64,000 bases of DNA. Origin: a virus. Numbering within the stretch: the stretch's first letter is position 1; each line of letters starts with the position of its first letter. The stretch lies in the IMG/VR virus record IMGVR_UViG_3300045988_175628; one strand, given 5' to 3'. The notes below the pieces were generated by a model. It saw only the letters and a list, made by a program, of their open reading frames with translations. It was not told the DNA's origin and did no database searches. The translations under genes and the position numbers were made by a program. Shown piece after piece: positions 21,919-31,217 of the stretch.

Positions 21919-22722
21919 TTATTTATAAACTTTTTTTACTATTATATTATTTGGAAGTTCTTCTTTATCCCAATCCTTATAAGAATTAGAGATTGTTATT
22001 GTTTTATAAAGTTGAGCAAGCTTTATCAAAGGCTCTTTCTGAATCGCATGTACAACACACAAAGATATATCTTTAGCTCCTTTATCTTGCAGTGCCTTAT
22101 GAATTGCAAAGAAAGTTCCTCCTCCATCACATAAGTCATCAACAACAGTGATAGATTTACTTGAATCTATTTCTGAAGTAATTGTTACCTCCAATTTATC
22201 CTTTGAAACTCTATGTTTTTCAGCACAATATATTGACTCGAACATAAAATAATCCTCATAACGTTTCTGTGCTCCTTTGTCAGGAAATAAAACTGCACCA
22301 TGAATATTATTTGGAAGTACTTTTGCAGATTCTGTCAGATTGGGTAAAATTATTCCATCAGAAATTAATTTGCTAGAATGTGGCTCTATTACTGATGTAA
22401 TTTGCGCTTGTACAAAGGTAAGACATTTTCCAACAAGTTCCAAATCCAAGGCTTCATTGAAAGAAAATAATCTATCAGTTCGAGCTGCAAACAAATATGC
22501 TATTTGTAAATGAGAAATCTGGATACCTTGACGATGACAAATATCTGCTATTTGCATCAAAATCCAAATATCATTTAAATTAGACAGTCGAGTATAAATT
22601 GTCAAGGTTTTCTTCCTATCTAATTCAGTTTCAAGTACAAGATGAGATTGAGAGTCAGGATAGGTATCAATTCGATATTTTACTTCCGACTTCTCTGGGT
22701 ATATAAAATCAATTACTTGCAT
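21919..22722 (-). CDS. ribose-phosphate pyrophosphokinase (PRPP synthetase)-family protein; candidate ADPR-PP synthetase (Adps-like)
   Basis: PRTase motif 'ITVVDDLCDGGGTF'; Prs-like N-terminus. Confidence 0.65.
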   Translation of the reverse strand: MQVIDFIYPEKSEVKYRIDTYPDSQSHLVLETELDRKKTLTIYTRLSNLNDIWILMQIADICHRQGIQISHLQIAYLFAARTDRLFSFNEALDLELVGKCLTFVQAQITSVIEPHSSKLISDGIILPNLTESAKVLPNNIHGAVLFPDKGAQKRYEDYFMFESIYCAEKHRVSKDKLEVTITSEIDSSKSITVVDDLCDGGGTFFAIHKALQDKGAKDISLCVVHAIQKEPLIKLAQLYKTITISNSYKDWDKEELPNNIIVKKVYK

Positions 22723-23801
22723 ATAGAGCTGAAATTATGCTTGTAAGTTTTAACTGAATAACTACAAAGAGTTGCTAATGTATGCCCTTCACATATATCA
22801 CAACAAGTTTCTATCGCTCTTGTTGGATACCAACCCTTAAATTTGGATTGAACATGATTTATTCCATATAAGACAAGTTCTTCATTAAATTCATAAGTCC
22901 AAAATTCTCCCTGAAACAAATTATTTCTATTCGTTTCATACGGATTTTGAATTTCTTTGAATACAGAGTCTCCTACTGGACCTTTACCATGTCTCGTTAA
23001 ATAGGATCTATAAACAAAATTAATAGTTATTTGATCTTTAGTTATAAAAGAAGGTAAAATATCAGGAGATGGACAACATGTAATTGGTGTTGTATATTTA
23101 TGAGATAGACCCACATCAGGATCTAAAAGAACACCTTGAGAACCCTCAAAGATTATTGAAGTATTTGAAGACCTAAATCCATATGGTTCACCAAGAAGTA
23201 CATTAGAATAAAAGGTTTTACAATAAGTATCAACAAGAGAATCCAAGTTATCAAACACATGACGAAACCTATGATAAGTTTCATCAAATTGTATTTTTTC
23301 TTCTGCCCATTCTCTGATTAATTTAAGCTTCATTTTTACAACTTGAGGAAAAGATAAATCTTTTATATATAATGACATTCCTTCTCGTTCTCTACAAATT
23401 GTCTCCCATATACCCTTCCCAACAGTACCTCCTAGATTCCTTTCAGAATTAAGCATTACATCAAATGGAGTAGTTATTTGTACATAAGGATCAAAATATT
23501 GAAGAGGAACATCGCACCCAAGTGTCCCTAATTGTCTATATTCTTGTAACCATTGTAAAGGATCCATAACACACTTAGACATCCAGTATGTAGGAGCATC
23601 TACAAATGTACCAGAGCCAAAACAAGAAAATATATGAGTTTTCCCTGATTCAGTAGTAACAGTATGACCCGCTTGTTGCCCTCCTGAGAATCTAACAACT
23701 ATAGGATTTAAATGATTTCTTTTGGCATCACAGCAGAGAGCATGGGTAACTTGACCTTTTCCTTCGTCACCAAATGTACAACCTACTACAATATTATGCA
23801 T
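22713..23801 (-). CDS. adenylosuccinate synthetase-family protein (short PurA homolog; PurZ-like length)
   Basis: 'GDEGKGQ' P-loop, 'GGQQAGHTV', 'TVGKGIW'; only 362 aa versus about 430 for canonical PurA. Confidence 0.7.
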   Translation of the reverse strand: MHNIVVGCTFGDEGKGQVTHALCCDAKRNHLNPIVVRFSGGQQAGHTVTTESGKTHIFSCFGSGTFVDAPTYWMSKCVMDPLQWLQEYRQLGTLGCDVPLQYFDPYVQITTPFDVMLNSERNLGGTVGKGIWETICREREGMSLYIKDLSFPQVVKMKLKLIREWAEEKIQFDETYHRFRHVFDNLDSLVDTYCKTFYSNVLLGEPYGFRSSNTSIIFEGSQGVLLDPDVGLSHKYTTPITCCPSPDILPSFITKDQITINFVYRSYLTRHGKGPVGDSVFKEIQNPYETNRNNLFQGEFWTYEFNEELVLYGINHVQSKFKGWYPTRAIETCCDICEGHTLATLCSYSVKTYKHNFSSICK

Positions 23802-24685
23802 TACCGTTTCCCTAAAGTAAATAAATTAGATTTTGTTGGAATAGTTTCTTCAGAAACTTTTGTAGATATTTCCTCTGTTGCAAAACCTTTCAAAGTTTTA
23901 CCCATAGCATCACAAATAGATTCTACAACTTCTTCAGGTTTACATACAATAAGATTATCTCGAAGAAATTCTTTCATTTGCTTTTTTACTACCTCATCAT
24001 AATATCCACCACCGTGGTGAACATGAATATGAAATACATGATATTTCTCGCAAGCTAATTCGTAAGCTTCTTGCCAAGTATAATCACGTTCATATTTTAC
24101 ACCAGTCAAATTAGTTAAAGTTTCCTTACTAATCCTAGACAAAGTAGGTTCATCTCCAACAGTAAAAAGAAATCCTTTTTGGTTTCTCTTTTCATAACTA
24201 TCAATAGAAGTATGATTTCCAGCAATAATCCAAGGCAATAAATAAGATTCTCCATTATTACCACCTCCACGTCCTTCTAAGTAAATTCTAGAAAGACATT
24301 GATTAATCGCGATAGTTGAGGATTCGAATTGCCCTACTTGACATGGGCAAGAATCACATTCATGATCTCCCACTCCCATAAAAAGAATCTGAGGATGTTT
24401 AATCCCAATAGAATCAATAATGGAATCCATTAATTTAGGGAGATAATCTCGAATCATTTTATCAGGAACTGATCCCATTGAACCAGTTTCATCTAAAGCA
24501 ATAAAAACTGGAAAAGATTCAGGATGTTCCTCAGAATCTCTTGATTCTCTGATATGTGTTTTACTTTTCGTTAAATCCATTTCTTCATGCAGAGATCGCT
24601 GATGAAAAATTTCTTCTCTGGATTTTGTAGAGTAAGCAGCAGTTGTTGCTCTATATGTATTTGTACTCCATGATCCACTTCCCAT
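23801..24685 (-). CDS. von Willebrand factor A (vWA) domain protein
   Basis: MIDAS 'DETGSMGS'. Confidence 0.55.
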   Translation of the reverse strand: MGSGSWSTNTYRATTAAYSTKSREEIFHQRSLHEEMDLTKSKTHIRESRDSEEHPESFPVFIALDETGSMGSVPDKMIRDYLPKLMDSIIDSIGIKHPQILFMGVGDHECDSCPCQVGQFESSTIAINQCLSRIYLEGRGGGNNGESYLLPWIIAGNHTSIDSYEKRNQKGFLFTVGDEPTLSRISKETLTNLTGVKYERDYTWQEAYELACEKYHVFHIHVHHGGGYYDEVVKKQMKEFLRDNLIVCKPEEVVESICDAMGKTLKGFATEEISTKVSEETIPTKSNLFTLGKR

Positions 24686-24689
24686 ATTA

Positions 24690-25481
24690 TTAAAATATTT
24701 TAATTACATGATCTTTATGATAAGCATTTTCATGTAATTTTAAGATTTGTGATTCAATTTCAGTAAATGGACTCTTAAGATGTCCTGTACGATCTAATCG
24801 CTCCATTTTTTCAATGAGAACATCAAGCTCTTGATAAGTAAATCCAAAATTTTCTTCATCAGATCTGCCTGTTAATCCGTCTGCAGGAACTTTATGAACT
24901 AAATTATAAGGCAACTCCATGAAGTCTCCTAGTTTTACAACTTCTGTACAAGTCAAACGTGCAATTGGATTAATATCACAAGCCATATCTCCCCATTTTG
25001 TACACCATCCAATAAATGCTTCGGATTTGTTACCTGTTCCAGCTACTCTGTAACCCAAAGACTGAGCAATCGCATATAGAATTGTCATGCGAATGCGAGG
25101 TGCAATATTAGTTAAAGCTTTATCAGAAATTATAATTGAGGAACCATCTGAAACAAGATTAGGAATTCCTACATCTATGGATTTTTCTAAAGTGGTTCTT
25201 TCGATAGAACTCAACAGTGAGGTAAAAGGATGTGAAATATTTATTAGTATATGTCTGATATCTAAATATTTGCATACTTCTAAACTATCACTGATATCCT
25301 TTTGCTCTCCATTAGGCATTAAAACACCTAATACATTTTCTTTTCCTATAGCATCCACTAGAAGCTTAGCTACTATAGTAGAATCCTTCCCTCCACTAAT
25401 GCCCAGGACATAACCACGAGCATTAGTGTGAGTTTGGTAATTCTTAAGGAAGGATATTATTTTTTTGTATTCTTTTTCCAT
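24690..25481 (-). CDS. nadE: NH3-dependent NAD+ synthetase
   Basis: PP-loop 'GISGGKDST', length and C-terminal region match NadE. Confidence 0.8.
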   Translation of the reverse strand: MEKEYKKIISFLKNYQTHTNARGYVLGISGGKDSTIVAKLLVDAIGKENVLGVLMPNGEQKDISDSLEVCKYLDIRHILINISHPFTSLLSSIERTTLEKSIDVGIPNLVSDGSSIIISDKALTNIAPRIRMTILYAIAQSLGYRVAGTGNKSEAFIGWCTKWGDMACDINPIARLTCTEVVKLGDFMELPYNLVHKVPADGLTGRSDEENFGFTYQELDVLIEKMERLDRTGHLKSPFTEIESQILKLHENAYHKDHVIKIF

Positions 25482-26965
25482 TAAAATCTTCCGTTCCAGA
25501 GAATTTTACGAATCTCAGTAAGAGAGGTTTCTTCAATCATTTTTCCATCAACAAAAATAGGACGAAGAAGATTAAAGGGTTCCTCATGGGCCTCTTTCAG
25601 AGTCATGCCCTCATCACAGTCAAATTCGTTTGTTACATGATTATAGAAAACAGCACAACACCCTTTGTGTGACTTTTTCATCCCTGAATCTGTTTTAGGA
25701 TCTTTGTAAACCATAATAGGTTTAATTACCCCATCAATAGTTTGTTCAACATAACTACATTTAATTGCAACATTAAATGTATCACGAGAAAACATATCAA
25801 CTCGTCCTGATTCATCCATATAAGAAAGCATAGAAAATCCTCCTGCTCCCAAAGCTACATTTTCCACAGAAAATCCTTGCTCATCAAGAATTTGATAAAT
25901 TTGCTTTGTTCGTAATTGAGTAATACCGTCTCCATATAGAGCTCTAACATGAGAGTCAAGAACTTTATATCCTTTAGAATTAATTGTGCCTCCAAATGTA
26001 TCCCAAAGGCTAAAAACAGTCTCAGTTACAATTTCTACAGGATCTCCTGAATCCCCTCTAACATATAAAGTTCCATTTCTACTTAAAATTTCTTGTTTAA
26101 GACTTGGAAGAATAGTATCAACAACATTCCAATAATCATAAGAATCACTTACCATAGAAAAGGATCCATTAGGATATACTTCGGTAAGAAGACGACGAAT
26201 CATGCTAATTTCATTTCCGTCAATAGCAGCAGAGCTACACATCACAGAATGCTCTGTTGATGCCATTCCTCCTCCTACTATAGACATAGGAGTATTGTAA
26301 TATTTAGAGGCATACATGATGCCAGGAATAGTAGCAGTCTTATTGAAAGAAAGTAAAAATCCACAAGACGCCTTTATTGCTCCATGAAGTCCTACTAAAC
26401 TTCTAAATCCGAATTCAGAAATAGCAGAACGACCAGAAATATCAGAAGTTTTAGTATAGTAATCATTTACTATATTGCGATATTTAGTCACAGCAGTTGC
26501 TACACACATTGGGTACCAAAGTTCAGAAAGCATTAAAGTTTCAATAAAATTAGTACACCATGCAAATTCAGGCAAAGTATTAGAAATTTCAATACATGGT
26601 ACATTCATTCCTATTTTATATCCTTCAGGTAATGCCCAAATTTCAACAGGAAGATACCCAAGTTGATGAAGCTTTTTTATTTTATCCGAATTAACCCTAT
26701 TAGCTCCCATAGTAGAAGATATTACAAATTCGTATTCTGCAATAACTTCATCTAAAGAGCGATTAAAGAAGGTTTCGTTCATATATTCAATCAGATATTC
26801 CTTAATAAATGCTTGAATGCCAAAAACTACAACCTTATTAAATTCAGGGATTCTAGTTTTACGAGGAACATAATATGAAACTACTTTAGTAATGCTGGGA
26901 TCATATTGTTCTGCATGACACTGTTTATAAAAATCCGTAAGCAGAATTCCGCAAGGTTTAAACAT
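25481..26965 (-). CDS. nicotinamide phosphoribosyltransferase-family protein (NAMPT/NadV or Namat-like)
   Basis: 494-aa NAPRTase/NAMPT-fold protein next to Prs-like and NadE genes. Confidence 0.75.
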   Translation of the reverse strand: MFKPCGILLTDFYKQCHAEQYDPSITKVVSYYVPRKTRIPEFNKVVVFGIQAFIKEYLIEYMNETFFNRSLDEVIAEYEFVISSTMGANRVNSDKIKKLHQLGYLPVEIWALPEGYKIGMNVPCIEISNTLPEFAWCTNFIETLMLSELWYPMCVATAVTKYRNIVNDYYTKTSDISGRSAISEFGFRSLVGLHGAIKASCGFLLSFNKTATIPGIMYASKYYNTPMSIVGGGMASTEHSVMCSSAAIDGNEISMIRRLLTEVYPNGSFSMVSDSYDYWNVVDTILPSLKQEILSRNGTLYVRGDSGDPVEIVTETVFSLWDTFGGTINSKGYKVLDSHVRALYGDGITQLRTKQIYQILDEQGFSVENVALGAGGFSMLSYMDESGRVDMFSRDTFNVAIKCSYVEQTIDGVIKPIMVYKDPKTDSGMKKSHKGCCAVFYNHVTNEFDCDEGMTLKEAHEEPFNLLRPIFVDGKMIEETSLTEIRKILWNGRF

Positions 26966-26966
26966 A

Positions 26967-27548
26967 CTAGTCTCGATTAATTATATGCATTTGTAATCCT
27001 TTCATAACATCTAATGCTTTATCATGTAGTTCTTTATCATTAGATCGACAAAGACTTGCGTCAACTATAATATCTGCATTAGGAAAAATTGTTTGAAAAC
27101 TAACTGCACAAGAAAGTACACAAATATTTGTAACAACTCCTACAATAGTAATTTCATCGATTATATTATTTGTAATACAATCAAGATTAGGACCTCCTGC
27201 GAATGACGCATCTTCTAAAGCTTCTGGGCTAAATCCAAAAGAATTAATTTTATCAAGAATATAGCAAGAATTTTGAAAAGGTTTAAATTCTTTACAAATA
27301 TTCCATCCCTCTGAAGATTCTATACAGTGAATAGGAAGATATATTCCTTCTCTAGTGTTTTTATAAAGATACTTCGTTGAATACGTCGCATCATAATGAG
27401 TGTCTCTTGTAAATAATACAAGATCATCTTCAGTAAGATATTCATCAATTTTTGATTTAATACCAGGAATAATTTCTTCAGCACCAGGAACTCTTAAGAC
27501 ACCCCGTACAAAATCTTCCTGCATATCAATTACTGCAAGTAATCGCAT
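26967..27548 (-). CDS. isochorismatase-family hydrolase, probable nicotinamidase (PncA-like)
   Basis: 'MRLLAVIDMQEDF' N-terminal Asp motif of the cysteine-hydrolase family; NAD-salvage context. Confidence 0.65.
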   Translation of the reverse strand: MRLLAVIDMQEDFVRGVLRVPGAEEIIPGIKSKIDEYLTEDDLVLFTRDTHYDATYSTKYLYKNTREGIYLPIHCIESSEGWNICKEFKPFQNSCYILDKINSFGFSPEALEDASFAGGPNLDCITNNIIDEITIVGVVTNICVLSCAVSFQTIFPNADIIVDASLCRSNDKELHDKALDVMKGLQMHIINRD

Positions 27549-27832
27549 ATATCTTTTTCATTTAAAATTAAATAACTATTCTTGTCAAAAAGAATCACAC
27601 TAGAATCAGTTTGACCAATTATATTTATAATTACTTCTTTTTTTAGATCCCAAATAAAAATTTGCAGAAGTCTACTTGTTTTCTTCATAATCCAAGCTTT
27701 ATATACTCTTTTGTTAGTAATTATAAATACATCATCAAATTGTTCTAAATTTGCCACTTTTTTAAAAGATTCTTCAGTATTTTCAGTTACTTTATTAAAT
27801 CTTTCAAAAACTTTTAAGAGCCATCTCTTCAT
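27530..27832 (-). CDS. hypothetical protein
   Basis: 100-aa ORF. Confidence 0.35.
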   Translation of the reverse strand: MKRWLLKVFERFNKVTENTEESFKKVANLEQFDDVFIITNKRVYKAWIMKKTSRLLQIFIWDLKKEVIINIIGQTDSSVILFDKNSYLILNEKDICDYLQ

Positions 27833-28012
27833 CGCCTAAATTTTTTCTTTACTGGAGGCTTCCCTCCTTCTTGTTCTTTAAATTTCTTAGGCCGTTTCGG
27901 CATTCTAGGTTTATCTTCTTCACAATAATCAGGAATTTGATAATCTCTAAGGTACTTACCCATAATTAGATTATTAATAAAAGGCTCCAGTAAAATACTG
28001 GAGCCTATCAGT

Positions 28013-29740
28013 TTACATCTTAATGAAAGATAGAATCTCTTGATTCATAGCTTCATCAAACAGATCACGTGTAGTTTGTACTTTTCCATTTAAGAATGAC
28101 ACAATCTGTGCAGAATACCCAGACATATAATAAACATTCTTAACATCCCCATATGTTTGGAAAGGTGTTCGGTCGAGCTGATAATAATGATTTCTTAGAT
28201 TCCAGAGACAAACAACAAAATTGTTAATATACTCCTCGGAAAATCCTCCTCTCCTTAGTGTAGAATGAACCCTCTCTACGGAGGTCTTATTTAAGCATGA
28301 AGGATTAAACTCACAATCACTAATACATAGAATTCCTTTAGGAAATTCCTCTTCTGGAATACCCTGCGATTTTAGTCTAACGAAGAGATCAATAACGCTC
28401 TCAAAGTTAGTACTGCCGTAATATCCAGAATGGTCATTATACCACTTCTCTAAAGGTGTATTTCCTCTCCATTCATGAAGCTGGGCGTTTGAATTAAACT
28501 CAATCCACGCATTTTGGAATCTTCCTTTCAAGAAATATGAGAAGTATAAAGCTATTGCTTTACTTATATTATAACAAGACATAGATACTCCCGTTGCATC
28601 GGAACTCATAGAACCAGAAGTATCACGAACTACAATTAAATCTGTAGTATTTCCCTCATTTTGACACTTGTTAACAAGTGTCATAAATTGTTTATTAATA
28701 GTGTCTTGAATATGCTTCTCTATGTTATGCAAAGCTTTATTACAGATAGGTTGAAAAAGTTCATGTACAAATCCTGTATATTTTACTTCTTTTACCTCGG
28801 GACTACCAACCCACTCTTGATACTTTTCTTTAAGATTATGATTCTCTAAAAATTTTGAATGAACCAAAATATTTAAAGCACGACCATGAATCTTATCAAA
28901 GTCAATTTCTGCATATTTTTGCTTTGAAATAAGTTGTTGCCAACTGTGTGCAGTTCCAGATGCTTTCATTCTGGCATAACAACGATACACCTGATACTTC
29001 TCAGCTTCTGATCTTTCTTTTGATGTTCCATAAAGTTTGGAACACAACCACTTAGCAATTATACAATTTGCTTCTGCCTCTATTGTAGTACATTTTGAAC
29101 GAGCTTTAATTTGAGGGAGATACTTACGAACTAAATTAGTCTGAGAATCTGAGTTAAGTCCAGATAGAATTAAATCTCCAAAACGTTCCCAATCTAAAAC
29201 TCGATTTTCCCAACCATTATAAATTAAATCGTAGCGTAGCATGACAAATAAGTCCTTCCAAGAACCTACTAAGGGAATTAGCCAAGCATTTTTCCAGAAC
29301 ACTTCCTTATCTTTAGTATGTAGCCAGATAAGTCGCATAATTCCTTCATGACGTAATTCAGAACCTTTTTGTGCTTCCTTAGTGCCATGATCTTTATCAT
29401 TAATCTTACGACAAATCATTCGCAAGAAAAAGATAAATTTAACAGCATCTTCCTTATTTATAGCCCATAAAATCTCACAATCTTTAGCGATTTCTGAGAA
29501 GGGACGAATTTCTTTGTACTTAGAAGTACTTCCAAACTGATCAACAAATGGATCCCCAGTTGAATTATAAGCTTTTGCACCATTTCCTGTAAGAATCTCT
29601 GCTGAGATTTTTAATCCTGCTTGAACAAAAGTAGATTTAGATGTTGATTTACTGTCATTAGCAGTAAATAGGGTTTTCTTTTTTGCTTCGAACATCTTAT
29701 TAAAGTTTTTAAAAATAAAGCGGATATTGAACAATGTCAA
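28013..29740 (-). CDS. large vWA-domain protein (DUF2828-like architecture)
   Basis: C-terminal MIDAS 'VVRDTSGSMSS'; 575 aa. Confidence 0.5.
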   Translation of the reverse strand: MTLFNIRFIFKNFNKMFEAKKKTLFTANDSKSTSKSTFVQAGLKISAEILTGNGAKAYNSTGDPFVDQFGSTSKYKEIRPFSEIAKDCEILWAINKEDAVKFIFFLRMICRKINDKDHGTKEAQKGSELRHEGIMRLIWLHTKDKEVFWKNAWLIPLVGSWKDLFVMLRYDLIYNGWENRVLDWERFGDLILSGLNSDSQTNLVRKYLPQIKARSKCTTIEAEANCIIAKWLCSKLYGTSKERSEAEKYQVYRCYARMKASGTAHSWQQLISKQKYAEIDFDKIHGRALNILVHSKFLENHNLKEKYQEWVGSPEVKEVKYTGFVHELFQPICNKALHNIEKHIQDTINKQFMTLVNKCQNEGNTTDLIVVRDTSGSMSSDATGVSMSCYNISKAIALYFSYFLKGRFQNAWIEFNSNAQLHEWRGNTPLEKWYNDHSGYYGSTNFESVIDLFVRLKSQGIPEEEFPKGILCISDCEFNPSCLNKTSVERVHSTLRRGGFSEEYINNFVVCLWNLRNHYYQLDRTPFQTYGDVKNVYYMSGYSAQIVSFLNGKVQTTRDLFDEAMNQEILSFIKM

Positions 29741-29754
29741 TATCCGCTAATTGT

Positions 29755-30366
29755 TTACAATGAACCTCTGTAAAAAGTAATTGTCTTTCCTAATAAATTT
29801 TCTCCCCAGTCAGATATATTTTGAAGAGCATGATTTTCATCATAACCTATTCCCCAAATTCTGTCAAATGGAGAAGCCTCAACAAAAAATTTATTGTCTA
29901 GTATAGGATCTTTGAGCTTATCCATCAAATCCTTGTTTTGACTAAATTTTTCTTCTAAGGCCATATACATTTTCGATATTTTAACCTCGTCCCAAGATTT
30001 GCTATCAAAATTTTTAACTTGCCTTCCTAGTTTTTTAGCTTCTTTTGGAGTAACCGCTGACAAAATTTTCTCCGCAACTTCTAAATCACCAAAATATAAG
30101 GCTTTCAAGTACATGAAAAGCTGCTCAGATGATTTGAATACTTTGGAATCGAATATTATCCTACAGGGATAGAAATTACTTAACCAACCATCCCAAAAGA
30201 ATACAAAATTATTTGTAATTTTCATATAATTACTATTTATAAAATAAGATTGTGTGTTGTTACACCAAATGCTCAAAGGGCCTTTATTAGCATTGGAACA
30301 GAAGTTTATATACCTTGCGACCTTCTTCTCTCTTTTCGTTTTCCTACTCATCAAGGGAATTATCAC
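29755..30366 (-). CDS. NADAR (YbiA/DUF1768) domain protein
   Basis: 'FYPCRIIFD…FKSSEQLFMYLKALYFGD…AKKLGRQV…EASPFDRIWGIG' fits the NADAR family profile. Confidence 0.8.
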   Translation of the reverse strand: MIIPLMSRKTKREKKVARYINFCSNANKGPLSIWCNNTQSYFINSNYMKITNNFVFFWDGWLSNFYPCRIIFDSKVFKSSEQLFMYLKALYFGDLEVAEKILSAVTPKEAKKLGRQVKNFDSKSWDEVKISKMYMALEEKFSQNKDLMDKLKDPILDNKFFVEASPFDRIWGIGYDENHALQNISDWGENLLGKTITFYRGSL

Positions 30367-30661
30367 GTAATCCCGAATCCTTAATTGCAGGTTCCTCCCG
30401 TACTATTGCAACTTACTAATAAATGTATTACATCCCTGCCATATAGATCAAGCCTTATAGAACCCTCGATATTTCAATCTATGATAAGACTTTTTCAAAT
30501 TTTCAGTTTCATACTCCCTGTGGTATAATCTCTGAACTTAGTATAGTTAATTACAGAGTTTCTTGTCCACGCTATAATAGCTTGTTATAGTTTAACTTCC
30601 ACTCGCAACTCCTTAGAGGATGCATACCATCAATGCCACCTTCAACCTTATTTTAATTAGT

Positions 30662-30757
30662 CCCGCCGTAAGGATTCGAACCTCACTACCCCAAAGTCCA
30701 TTACACCAATTTGTTAACGGGGATTTGATTTACAGTCAAACGGTGTTACGTCGGGAT
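30662..30757 (-). ncRNA. atypical tRNA-like element (T-arm TGAGG-TTCGAAT-CCTTA plus 3' acceptor CGGCGGG; anticodon-like TTTGA-CTGTAAA-TCAAA; no regular cloverleaf)
   Basis: Possible acceptor CCCGACG/CGGCGGG with one mismatch but about 94 nt and no foldable D-arm; could be an intron-containing or degenerate tRNA. Confidence 0.3.
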
Positions 30758-30758
30758 T

Positions 30759-31157
30759 TTATAACTCTACTTTATATTTATCATATTTACCACATAAGGA
30801 AATTGATGTTCTAATTCCTTCAAGTTCTTTAACTGGAATTGAATAAAATTCTTTGAAAGAAGTTACAACAAATAGAAAATCACTAGAGTTATTATTGAAA
30901 GTCTTAGCTCAATAATTCTTTCGATTTCCTCCACAAGTTCTCAATCCTACTTGGAAATTTCCAGTCCTTTTATCTACCTGCGTGGTAGTTTTAACTTGAA
31001 TCTTCAATATATTTTCCCCATTATCTACGAGTAAATCGTAGTCCTGAGAATCTGTCATAGGAATAGATACTATTCACCCTAATTTTGAATAAAATGCGAT
31101 AGCATATGCCATCCCAACATTTCCTTGCAGTTTAGAATTTTTTAAATGTGAAAACAT
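30759..31157 (-). CDS. small PD-(D/E)xK-like nuclease candidate (contains 2 TGA)
   Basis: Hand translation MFSHLKNSKLQGNVGMAYAIAFYSKLGW…QDYDLLVDNGENILKIQVKTTT…; paralog of 15480..15890; abuts tRNA-like element 30662..30757. Confidence 0.35.
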
Positions 31158-31217
31158 AAAATAAAGTTAAATTCTAGTGGGCGTATTTCAGCCCACTAGA
31201 AAAATCAAAGAAGTTAA

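Noticed and set aside
30620-30814. Plus-strand ORF 30620..30814 and 40906..41115 as genes
   Set aside because: They overlap a tRNA-like element and an HNH endonuclease gene respectively on the opposite strand.
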